Assembly: GCA_020184695.1 (NCBI GenBank)
Contig: JAANOX010000068.1
Span: 172,027-236,026 of the forward strand
Length of the DNA stretch: 64,000 nucleotides
Source of the DNA: Histomonas meleagridis 2922-C6/04-290x
Lineage: Eukaryota > Protista > Parabasalia
Direction: 5' to 3'
This document shows, piece after piece, positions 34,546 to 44,691 of this stretch (its first letter is position 1; each line of letters opens with the position of its first letter). The notes under the pieces were generated by a model. The model saw only the letters and a program-made list of their open reading frames with translations. It searched no databases and was not told where the DNA came from. A program made the translations under genes and the position numbers.

Positions 34546-35886
34546 TTAAAGTTCCATATTTTGATATTGCTCGATAATATATCTAACAGCTGCATCTGTA
34601 GTATTTGGTAACTGAATATTTTGCAATAATTTTCCTTTGCTATATAATACCAATCTTGGAAGTTCAATAGTTTTTGTGTCTTCTCCTGACCAATCATTTC
34701 TATACAATGAGAATTGACCAATTCTTGCATCAGGAAATATTTTCTGAATTGTTTTCTTTGATTCTACTAAAGGAACCAAACAATTATCATCAGAATAATA
34801 AATACCTAAAATACTTTTTTCATTTCGTGTAAAGTCTTGGAGTTCAATTGCGTTAATTTCTTCTATTTCTTTACCATCTTGATGAGGAGCCGACATTAAA
34901 TATCGTTTTTGTTTTCCTTCCTTCACATCGCGTATAAATTGGGCGCACTTTTCGAAGGTGACTTCACCCGAATAGAAATATTTTGTCACTTTTTTGCCAG
35001 ATGCATCAATCAAACACATTACCTCTTTTTGAAGATCTGGAAATCCATAACGCGAATTTGGAAGATTGAAATAATCGAATGGGATAAATGTGACATTAAA
35101 CCCTGAATCATCCATAAGAGATTTGGCTAAATTAATTTGATCTGGTGTGAGATAATAATTATCACTCATTTTTAATGATAATATAATGAACTTTTGCTTG
35201 TCTGTTTCAAGAACATCAACAACAGCAGGATTAAGTTTGTGTATGATGGGAACTGTATATGGTGTGAGAACATTTGCTACTTCTTCTTCATTGGTAGCAT
35301 TTGCTAAACCTGGACATTCTAAGAAAGCATTATCTTCAAATCTGTATAAGTAAAATCCTGGCTTAGAAACAAGTGATGGATCACAAAAAGATAAAGATAG
35401 TTGATTATAATACTTGAAAAAGAATTCACTTAAAGCAGGAAGAGTGGTCTCTGATGCATCTTCAAAAGCTGCTAATACTCCTAACGACGAAATTTGAAAG
35501 AAATTTTGAAGTTCTTCTTTTGTCTTGATATAAGGAATTGATTGTTTTGCGTGTTGATTTACAAAGCTTAAAATTGAGTTGATTGCAAAAGGTGGTGACA
35601 TTGTGTTTCTTGGCTTTCCATTTAAAAACTCTATAATAGAAGGAAATGATGAAATGTTAAAGTCACTTGGTTCAACATTTTCTTCATCAGTATCTAGAAT
35701 AAAGAAATTTGTTTTTACCCCACTTTGATGCGCTGCATCTGCAAAATTATCAACAACTTGTAAATAATCGTATGCCAAAGTTGAAATTGCCAAAACATAC
35801 GATTGACCACTCTGAGTTTTTTGTTTCATGTCGGTATATTTTATCTTTTGAACAATTGCGCTGGCTGCGCAGATAAAAAGAATCAT
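34546..35886 (-). CDS. PDI/thioredoxin-fold ER protein without CxxC
   Basis: Signal-peptide-like N-terminus, ISSFPSIIEF thioredoxin-like segment, and a C-terminal NMEL (KDEL-like). Confidence 0.68.
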   Translation of the reverse strand: MILFICAASAIVQKIKYTDMKQKTQSGQSYVLAISTLAYDYLQVVDNFADAAHQSGVKTNFFILDTDEENVEPSDFNISSFPSIIEFLNGKPRNTMSPPFAINSILSFVNQHAKQSIPYIKTKEELQNFFQISSLGVLAAFEDASETTLPALSEFFFKYYNQLSLSFCDPSLVSKPGFYLYRFEDNAFLECPGLANATNEEEVANVLTPYTVPIIHKLNPAVVDVLETDKQKFIILSLKMSDNYYLTPDQINLAKSLMDDSGFNVTFIPFDYFNLPNSRYGFPDLQKEVMCLIDASGKKVTKYFYSGEVTFEKCAQFIRDVKEGKQKRYLMSAPHQDGKEIEEINAIELQDFTRNEKSILGIYYSDDNCLVPLVESKKTIQKIFPDARIGQFSLYRNDWSGEDTKTIELPRLVLYSKGKLLQNIQLPNTTDAAVRYIIEQYQNMEL

Positions 35887-36272
35887 ATGTTTTAATTAAA
35901 GCAAACCTTCTCAATATCATATTCAAAATACCTATCGTTTTTGAATGATAGTGGAGCAAAAGAAAAAGCGTTCTAGGCTTTGATGATTTTACATAAATTT
36001 AACACTTCTAAAAATTTGCCCTCATAAGAAAGTCGTTTCTTATGTAATCTTTTCTGAATTTGTCAATCGTTCAAAATTATTATGATTTATTAATTTAACC
36101 AAATAACTTATTCTGCTCGGAAGGAAAATATCTTTTAGTTTCATGGGTTTACTCAATAGATTGCTTTAAAGTTAAAATTTCGACATAATTTTAGGGATAA
36201 AAAAAAATTGTACGTTAAAATAAACGGTCTTTGTACAAAATTTTAACTGTTGTTGCTTGAAGCAATATTTAC

Positions 36273-36698
36273 ATGGAAGAAGACCCCTTATTATATCTTG
36301 AAAGCCTAAAGGAAATGAACAACCATTTACAAAGGAAACTTAAGCGATTGAATGAGCTAGACAAAAAACTTACTATTCAAAATGAAAAAGTAAATGATAT
36401 TTTCGAAACTATGCTTGAAACAGAAGAATCACAATGCGTTGATATGGTTGAGTTTGACAAAGAAATAAAATCGTTAAATACGTTTTTATTCAAACAATCC
36501 AAAAAAAGTTACAATGTTTCTCAAAGAAGGCAAGAGAACGCCAAAATCATCATGTATCACATAATGCATATGCAAGGTCTTTCGCCTAGTGAATGTGATG
36601 GTTATCTTTTGGAAACAGATCCACTTCTTAATGGACTTAAAAATGACACCAAAGCACTTCATGACTTGATTTCTAAATTTTCATCTTTTCTCATATAA
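36273..36698 (+). CDS. Coiled-coil hypothetical protein
   Basis: Intact 141-aa ORF with host-like codon use. Confidence 0.72.
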   Translation: MEEDPLLYLESLKEMNNHLQRKLKRLNELDKKLTIQNEKVNDIFETMLETEESQCVDMVEFDKEIKSLNTFLFKQSKKSYNVSQRRQENAKIIMYHIMHMQGLSPSECDGYLLETDPLLNGLKNDTKALHDLISKFSSFLI

Positions 36699-37310
36699 GA
36701 TTTATTAATACAATTCTTCAATAATTTATAAATGATGTTTATAATTGTAACATGTTACTATATATCAGCCTTCTATGTATTAATTACAAAAGCTATTTAT
36801 CTTAGAGTTCGCATAAGTCAGAAAATCTAATTTTTAGAAACTTTTCAAACAAATATTTTTTGTAAATAATTCTGGTTTTTATTTTAAACTAATCATTTAT
36901 TAGGTTACACTAAGCATATTGCAAAAAGTCATTATCCAAGTTTGAAATCTTCAGTAATAATTTTTTCTATTCTCATCTAATTAGATATTTTGAATATCAT
37001 CTAATTCATATATGTTTTGAAAACTTCTATTTTTTTAAAGTTTTTCATGTTTTATTTAATTTTCTTTATAAGCAACATGTATATTTTTTAAAATAATCAT
37101 TCTTTTTTTCGTCTTTAGTGAATAAAAAATATCATGAGCAATATGATTTGGCCTTGAGTTTATCACAATAACACATCGCCTCCATACTATAAATATTTAT
37201 AGTATTTTTTCAATAGTTAAATGATCAGTTGTACACAAAATCAGCAAAAGATTTTATAGTTTACTAAAAATTAACGTACATATATTCAAAACATTTGCAA
37301 TAAATTTGGG

Positions 37311-37967
37311 ATGGAAGAGCAATACATTAAAATTCTTCCACTAAAAAATGCAGACCATAAGCGCATATCTAGGAACAAGCGAAATCCTCTCCAACGAATT
37401 AAAGTATCAAGTAGTACTCCATTATTTTCAATATCAAATTATGTTCAACAATTGGCGAATGTTGACCCAAACAATGTCAGTGTTTTGTTGTATGCTCCAC
37501 GCACAAATTCGTGCATACAACTTCCACTTTCATTATCAATATCAGAATATCGATTAATAACAGAGCAAGAAGAAATTCGTTACTCTTTTGTCGACAAAGA
37601 TAAAGAAAGCAAAAATGAGAAAAAGCCAAAAAATAAAGTACAATTAATTAATAATCATCCATCACTACAAATAACAAAAATTCAACCAAAGCCCACGCAA
37701 GAACCACACTATCCCTTGCCTCCTGTAACCCAAATATTTTCTAATTCACAAAATTCAAATTTCTTCACAAATATTGGAGTTCCACTTCTTGACTCCCAAA
37801 GTCCACTCTTCCACACGGGGTTTTCTTTGTTTTCCTGTTCTTTTGGAATGACTCCACATAGCAATGATTCCCAAACATTACAGATTGCAGAACGAGACAA
37901 AGAAACAACCAATGAAAACATTTCTCTTAAGAAAGGTATAGAACAATTTTTAAGAAAGGATTCATGA
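37311..37967 (+). CDS. Hypothetical protein
   Basis: Intact 218-aa ORF; folded-looking N-terminal half and S/P/Q-rich tail. Confidence 0.75.
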   Translation: MEEQYIKILPLKNADHKRISRNKRNPLQRIKVSSSTPLFSISNYVQQLANVDPNNVSVLLYAPRTNSCIQLPLSLSISEYRLITEQEEIRYSFVDKDKESKNEKKPKNKVQLINNHPSLQITKIQPKPTQEPHYPLPPVTQIFSNSQNSNFFTNIGVPLLDSQSPLFHTGFSLFSCSFGMTPHSNDSQTLQIAERDKETTNENISLKKGIEQFLRKDS

Positions 37968-38219
37968 AAACAATTTTGCTTTTCTGATTTTTTTTTCGTG
38001 TTCCAATATTTTTATGTCAAATAAAACTTAACAAATTTTTATGCCATTTATTAAATTTTGGATAAAAATTGTTTCGTTTTTCTCATGTTACAATCTCGAA
38101 TCACACAAACAAGATGCCCTTTGTTGAGGGTGAAGATGTTTCATTAGACGACAAAAATTCATACAATTGGATCAAAAAAAAAAATAATAATAATAATCAA
38201 ATCAATGATAAAAACAAAT

Positions 38220-39581
38220 TTACAAACCCATGTTCTGAATTATCTGTTGTGCCATTTCTTTCGCGTTGTCATGAGTGAACACTGCGAAATCTCCGTAATA
38301 TCGATTTTTGATTTCCCTATACTTCGTAAACGGTCCCCTCAGAAAATTTTCGACGGTTTTATCTGACCTCACATTTTGAATAATTTTTGTTTTCGATTTT
38401 GCTGCTTTCAAGAATAATTTAAATAACTTATACATTACGCATCTTAAACAATGATTATTTTCTTTAAAATTATTCATAATAATTTCCGGAATTGTTTTCC
38501 ATAATTCAGACATTAATTGTTGATTCATAAATGCATATCTAAAATATTCTAATGCAGCAAAATGAAGATGTGTATGACTTGAATTTGAAATAATTGCATT
38601 AATAATAACATTAGAAATGTCCATTGTTAAGAAAAATGAAGTAAATACATCTCCATCAAAATTAAGCATTAATGATAACAGCTCAAGAGCTGCAACACCA
38701 GCTCGCGTCTTAATTAAATGTTCATCTCGAATAATTTCTGTCGCAATGGGGAAAAGGCCGCGCATACTTTCTTTCGTCTTTTCGCAATATAACGCAGTTA
38801 ACGTCTCCCATCGTTGGTATTCAATAAATTCAGAAAAACCGCCGACGTTAAGATTGAGCGCTTTGACGAAATTTGGAGTGCAAAACTTAGGACCAAGAAT
38901 AGGAGAGGTGCCACAGAAGCAAACAATACGGAAAAGAGAATAGATATAATTGGCTTCCTTTGAATAATGTGTACAATCTGTATTAGGTTGACATGAATCA
39001 ATTTCATTATAAATGATCTCGGGAAAGCCCATCTCAATGAGCCATCCTTGAACAACTTCTCTGTTTTCAAAGTTTCCTGAACATAATGTTTCAAATAAAG
39101 ATAAAACAGTTGGTTCTGATAATAAAGAAAGAAGTTGCATAAGATAACCACATGAACGAGTAGCTGCTACAGGATCAAAATAAAAAACTGCTAATGTTAA
39201 CGATGTCAAGCGATTAATAAATAATAAATTTTGACTAACTACCGTATCTTGGATTGTGTCAACAGCATGTCGGTGGAGGGATTGGTGTGAAAGTATTGCA
39301 CGTGTTAAGTCTGCTTGAGAATGTTCAAGAATTGCAAAAGCTTTTGCGCCAAGTTCGTTTTTACTTTCGCTTTTATCAAAGGCAAGTTCGAGTAATTTAT
39401 CTGAATTATCCACAAAATATTTAACAATCGTTGGTTCAGATGATCTGAACAATCTGAATGTCATTTCTTTGTCAAGTATTTTTTCTAATGCAGATTCACC
39501 TTTTGACATTAATTTTCGAATATCTTCAGGTACTTGTTTTGTAGTTGGGACAAAAAGTTCTATTTCTTCTTCATCATACAT
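38220..39581 (-). CDS. Helical-repeat protein, possibly SAPS/PP6R-like
   Basis: 453 aa. The N-terminal LEKILD..IVKYFVDNSDKLLELAF..AKAFAIL pattern resembles SIT4-associated proteins; the family call is weak. Confidence 0.6.
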   Translation of the reverse strand: MYDEEEIELFVPTTKQVPEDIRKLMSKGESALEKILDKEMTFRLFRSSEPTIVKYFVDNSDKLLELAFDKSESKNELGAKAFAILEHSQADLTRAILSHQSLHRHAVDTIQDTVVSQNLLFINRLTSLTLAVFYFDPVAATRSCGYLMQLLSLLSEPTVLSLFETLCSGNFENREVVQGWLIEMGFPEIIYNEIDSCQPNTDCTHYSKEANYIYSLFRIVCFCGTSPILGPKFCTPNFVKALNLNVGGFSEFIEYQRWETLTALYCEKTKESMRGLFPIATEIIRDEHLIKTRAGVAALELLSLMLNFDGDVFTSFFLTMDISNVIINAIISNSSHTHLHFAALEYFRYAFMNQQLMSELWKTIPEIIMNNFKENNHCLRCVMYKLFKLFLKAAKSKTKIIQNVRSDKTVENFLRGPFTKYREIKNRYYGDFAVFTHDNAKEMAQQIIQNMGL

Positions 39582-39664
39582 TCAGCTTTGGTTTGCACAA
39601 AAAACGTTTATTCAGTATGGGTTAATTTGTGTGGGAAAAGATCGTCACCGCCGTTATATTATCT

Positions 39665-39670
39665 CTATGC
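39665..39670. repeat. Left target-site duplication CTATGC
   Basis: Identical hexamer at 46493-46498 immediately outside the right TIR. Confidence 0.92.
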
Positions 39671-39969
39671 GGTAGGTATATAATGCGGTCGGGAATGATC
39701 ACGAGGACCCTAGGGGCCCCTAGGGTCCTCGTGATCATTCCCGACCTTTAGTTTTCACTGGGGGGATTGAAGGGGTCTTCGACCTCCTGAGGGGTCCGAA
39801 GGGCACCTCAGGAGGTCTCAGACCCCTTCAATCCCCCGAGTGTGCTCGCTCCGCTCGCAACAAAAATCAAAATGATTTTTGTGAGCCATACAATTCGTCT
39901 GAAAATTTGAATGCGCATTCAATTTTGAGAGAACGCGAAACTTTTTCATAGGGACGATAGCACTTTTTA
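39671..39969 (+). repeat. Left terminal inverted repeat with three palindromes
   Basis: Starts GGTAGGTATATAATGC. Contains a 60-bp perfect palindrome (39687-39746), a GC-rich hairpin (39761-39837) and a 16-bp palindrome TTGAATGCGCATTCAA (39907-39922). Confidence 0.9.
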
Positions 39970-40030
39970 TACCTGAATAAAATATAGATTTTTTCTTATC
40001 AGTATTTAATTTGTCTGTAAAAAATTCTTC

Positions 40031-42080
40031 TCAATGATAATATATCAATATTAATTGATATTGATCAATATTATTTAAATTTTCAAAAAAGTTAATAAAG
40101 AATAAAGCATTTTTCCAACAAATAGATATGCTGTTGAATATTTGAATTAAATAATTAGGTATAGACTTTAGTGAGACCCAATTATTATTGTCGTATTGAT
40201 TTTCTAAATAATCTTGTCTTAACTTAAACAAATCTTCTAGATTATAATCGACTGTATTAATAAAAAATATTCGTTGATTAAATCCTTCTACTACTTCTGG
40301 ATCATAAAATTCTATAGAAGGTATAAAATTATTGTATATAGAATTTTTTAAAATAATTTCGAAATTATAATTAATATTATTATAATAATCATCTAAAATA
40401 TTATATAAAGACATGGTATTTTTATCGTCAAATATTTTAGTAAATTTAAATAAAGTAATTTTGATTTTTGGCATATTATATTGAATTTTTTCTTTTTCAA
40501 TAATTCCTTTCTCTTCGATTTTCTCTTCTTCTTCTTTCGGAATATATGTGAAACTTTCAGTGGGTCTTCCGTCCCATATTAATTTAGGTTTGTTCTTATT
40601 TTTAGTTGAAGGATAATAAAACAAGTCTTTATTAATGAAGAATATTTTTAAACCTTTTTTAACATCATTATCTAATAAAAAAAAATTCAAATAAAATAAA
40701 GTAAACTTATGATCATAAAATAAAGTATTAAATATATCAAAAATATATGGTGGATATTTGTTTCGATGAATAAAAAAGGTCTCATTGCTTTCACTATCAT
40801 TAATATATCTAAAATTATAATTCAAAAATTCATTAATAGCATAAACAATGGAATAACCTTGATCATTTACTTTTTCATATCCTTTTAGTATAACGAATCC
40901 TACAATAAATTTTTTTTCAATTTCGTTGTGTTCTGGTAAATATTTATCTAGTAATTTATTAAAATCGTCTAATATTAGTAAATGATGTGTATCCATAAAT
41001 GTTTCAACTAATTTGAATGTAAAAAGTTCATTTTCATATGTAAGTATATGTTGTACTAGTACATTTTCATTTTCCTCATTTTTTTCAATCTCTTCGTACC
41101 ATATAGAATTAAATTTTGTCGATTCTTTGTTTAAATCAAATTGAATGTCTCTATTAATTTGTTTTGCTAACATTATATCTAAATCTTTTGTTATGATAGT
41201 GTTTTCCTTTTCTTTCTTTTTCTTTTTCTTCTTTTTCTTTTTATTCTTTTTCTTTTTCTTCTTTTTCTTTTTCTTCTTTCATTCTTTTTTCATTTTGTAT
41301 TTGTTGATAAGTTTTACTAACGAAAATTTTATTGTATATTTCTGGAAATTCTCGTTTTAATTTAGTTTTTTTATTAATTAAAAACAATACACTATAAAAT
41401 AATCTCAATAATTCAAAAAACCAGACTTTAATATTAGTGTATTCTTGTAATTCTGGATAACTAGGTGGGATAGTTAAGGCGACATCATTTACTTTCAAGA
41501 AAGTTACCTCAAAATTGGGTATAAAATAAGAAAACTTCTACAACCAATTTTGGAATATGTTTATAAGAGATATTTGATCTTCATTCTTCATTTCATCGAA
41601 AAAATTCAGAAAAAATAATCCAATCTGTGTATCAGAAGCTATGGAATTAAACCAATCTATAATATACACAGGATAATCTTTTTTGATAAAATAAAAGAGT
41701 TCTTCGTTTTGTAATTCTTCAATATTAGATTCTATAAAAAGATCAATATCAAGTTCTTCATCTGTTCCTTCTATTTTGAAATATATTTTAAAAATATTAT
41801 TACGTTTTGGACTTACATTGGGTAAAAAGAAGGTAAATCTATTGTGTTGTGAATAAAAAGCATATGGAGAATTTTTAAGAATATGTTGAACTCGACTGAT
41901 ATAAGAATAATGATAATTAGGTTTTTGTACAATTTGTTCTTCTTCTTGTTCTTGCTCCATATATTTTTGGAATTATTTTGATGGTTGTTGTGGTGGTTCA
42001 TATTCTTCTTCTTCTTCTATTTTTATTTTCTTTTTTGTTGATTTAATGACTGGACTTTTGTAATTTGTCTTAATCTGCAT
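40031..42080 (-). pseudogene. ~680-codon element gene with E/K-rich linkers and a thrice-repeated domain
   Basis: ATG 42080 follows TTCATTTT. TAA near 41974, TAG at 41538-41540, TAA at 41241-41243 and one frameshift near 41215 join the track ORFs 41538, 41241 and 40031. Confidence 0.72.
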
Positions 42081-42248
42081 TGATAAAATGAAGTGGAATA
42101 ATAACTGTCTAACATTGTATCAAAATATTCTGTGGAAAATGTTTAAGTCAATTTTTGATAATATTTTAAGGATTAAATTATATCAAATAACTTTGCCACA
42201 GAGGTTTTAGTCAAAATTTGATAATATTTTATAAATATAAATGTTTAT

Positions 42249-43879
42249 TTAATAACCATCTGGTGTACCATTGGCATAATATTTCAAACCGTCATGTAAA
42301 TCTAATGTGAAATAAGTATCACGACAAATGAATAATTGTGGTGGAGGTGGATGATTTCCTGCATCATCAACATTATAATAAGTATCATTAGCTTGAGTAT
42401 AAATAGGTTGACCTTTAATTTGTATTGGTATATTTTGTCCATTAGAATCTAAACCATCAAATACGTAACCACCACGTGAACGCTCACATTGTATATTAAG
42501 CATAAATGAAGTAGCATCACTTAATGTATTATTATATCTAGTACCATTTGAAGCATTCCTATCCATAGTTAAAGAATCTTCAAATTCTTTAGTACATTGT
42601 ATACCACCATCTAAATCAGAAGCAACTAATTGATATTGTAAAAAAATCTAGCACCTAAAGTAGAAACAGGTTCATCAGGATAATTTTGACCTGCAATAGT
42701 TAATTGTACATTATTATAAATAGGATTATCGAAACAAGTATAATCATTAGCATGTTTTGGAAATACAACTGTAATAGTTGTAACATTAAATAAAGGCATA
42801 TTAATAGTAGATTGTATACCAGATTCAGTAGCAGCTAAAGCAAATGCATTATAATCTAATTGTTGTGAAGGAATTAATAAACCTCCAGGTTGTTGAAGTA
42901 TTTGAGCTATTTTATTTAAAGTTTCTTTTTTAACTCCAAAACCATACATATTAGATTTACATGAAACTACAGTTAAACCTGTACAATATAAAGAAACATT
43001 CTCAGATGCAGTATCAATAGTATGATTAGTTTCAGTATCACATTTAAATGTAGTAGTTATATTAGCAGAATTACCTATTTGAGTAAAACCATGAGTAAAT
43101 AAAGGTAAATTATTAAATGTAGCATTAATAGAAGAATCTTCTAAAAATTCTTTCACTTCTTTAATTTTACGTGGATCTACTTGACACCAAACTAAACCAT
43201 TTTGTTTAACATAAAACTTTAATTCAATATCACCAACTAATCTATTTGGATATAAATCAAATGCTTGTAAAGCTAATATATCTTCAAATGGAAGATTCAT
43301 TTCGGATTCGATATCATGTTAATTTCCATCTGCAATTGTATTTAAATCAACATAAGTACCACATACAGATTGTGAATATTCTGAAACATTTTCATATAAA
43401 GAATGTGTATATTTTCTAGTTTTCTTTTCAGCATAAGGTTTAATTGTAGAATAACAATAACCTTCACGACAACATTCATTTTGTTGATAACCAGTAGAAA
43501 TATTATTAGACATAATTTGTAATTGATCTAATAATTGATTAGAACTCTTAAAAACCTATAAATATTTTAGCTAAATGCTCAGGATCTTGTAAATTACTAG
43601 ATGAAATAGCTTTTGATAATTGTACAGTTATTCTAATTTTAAAATTAATAAAACCTTCAGTTATTTGTGAAATCATATGATCACCATGAGTAATTCTTAA
43701 TCTAGTTTCTTGTGATTGATTAAAAGGTGCATTTTGATCATGACAATCTTCAGTTCTTAAAATAAAAGAACGAGTACCATCATTTTTAGCAATTAAATCT
43801 TTAAGACGATCAAAATAAGCACCAACATTACCTTGATCATTTTGTTCATTTTTTTAGATTGCGTATTATTATAATACAT
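42249..43879 (-). pseudogene. Maverick-type major capsid protein (double jelly-roll by inference)
   Basis: Reconstructed: MYYNN..AYFDRLKDLI..IFIGFKSSNQ..KYTHSLYENVS..VCGTY..N*HD..NLPFEDILALQAFDLYPN..WCQVDP..VFPKHAN..DNP..YPDEPVST..FDGLDS..PQLFICRDTYF. It has three homopolymer frameshifts and one TAA. Resembles the T. vaginalis Maverick capsid from recall. Confidence 0.78.
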
Positions 43880-43887
43880 TAATAAAA

Positions 43888-43905
43888 ATGAAAAATATTT
43901 TTCAT
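43888..43905. promoter_or_regulatory. Palindromic back-to-back initiator between divergent element genes
   Basis: Perfect 18-bp palindrome ATGAAAAATATTTTTCAT within a 34-nt gap between ATG 43879 (-) and ATG 43914 (+). It gives a TCAT Inr-like motif on each strand. Confidence 0.6.
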
Positions 43906-43913
43906 AATTTTTA

Positions 43914-44198
43914 ATGGCGTGGGGGTTGTGGAATAAATTTAAAAACGGTATAAAGAAAATAGGACCTTAATGTAAAAAAGTGAAAGAAGGATTCGCAAAA
44001 ATTAGTCCGCATATTGCAAAAGGTTATGAATTTGCAAAACAACATAAAGAAGATATTAAAAAGATAGGACCTTTAAAGAAATTACCTGTAGATAAAATAT
44101 TTGAAGTAGGGGATAGAATAGCTTTTTTATTTAAATCAGTAGGTATGGAAGCAAATGATAAGAGCTTTTCTAATTTACATCCTGCATTATATAAATAA
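43914..44198 (+). pseudogene. Amphipathic small protein, copy 1 (MAWGLWNKFKNGIKKIGP*..)
   Basis: 95-codon frame with an in-frame TAA at 43968-43970; paralogous N-terminus to 44229. Confidence 0.68.
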
Positions 44199-44228
44199 AG
44201 AAATAAATATTTATTTTTATTATTATTT

Positions 44229-44498
44229 ATGGCGTGGGGTTTTTGGAACAAAATTAAAAATGGATTTAAAAAAGCTGGTGCTTGGATTAAAAATAAAATT
44301 ATTAAACCAGTCGGAAGATTTATCGGTAATGTATGGAATAAAGTAGCTAAACCTGTTGTAAATACAGTAGGTAAAATACCTGGAATTGAAAATTTATCTG
44401 GTCATGCAGGTGCTATTGCTAAAGGAATTAAAATAGCAGATGGATTATCACCTGTTATAGATGGTGTAGCAAATGCACTAGTTGGACAAAAGAAATAA
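44229..44498 (+). CDS. Amphipathic basic small protein, copy 2, intact
   Basis: MAWGFWNKIKNGFKKAGAWIKNKIIKPVGRFIGNVWNKVAKP: periodic W/F/I and K pattern of a membrane-active helix. Confidence 0.72.
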   Translation: MAWGFWNKIKNGFKKAGAWIKNKIIKPVGRFIGNVWNKVAKPVVNTVGKIPGIENLSGHAGAIAKGIKIADGLSPVIDGVANALVGQKK

Positions 44499-44526
44499 TA
44501 AAATATTATTTATATATATATTGTTT

Positions 44527-44619
44527 TTGAATTTTTTGAAACTAAACTATACCAAATTGGACGCAGGCGTCCTTTAAGGACGCCTGGGATTTGGTATAGT
44601 TTAGTTTCAAAAAATTCAA
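44527..44619. repeat. 93-bp hairpin with perfect 31-bp arms and a GC-rich inner stem
   Basis: 44527-44557 is the exact reverse complement of 44589-44619; inner CAGGCGTCC-TTTAA-GGACGCCTG. Confidence 0.92.
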
Positions 44620-44691
44620 TGCTATAGCATTTTCTGACACTGAGTTTTTGTTATAATGTTAAATCAGTTATTTATCAGTTCACTTTGATAA

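Noticed and set aside
41145-41360. Poly-Phe ORF on the plus strand
   Set aside because: Antisense shadow of the GAA/AAA (Glu/Lys) repeat in the minus-strand gene.
22163-44198. Alternative genetic code (TAA as sense) in the elements
   Set aside because: Most host and element genes end in TAA. The same genes also carry TGA, TAG and frameshifts, and one TAA replaces a conserved Gly (T-G-IAA) in the helicase. Decay is simpler.
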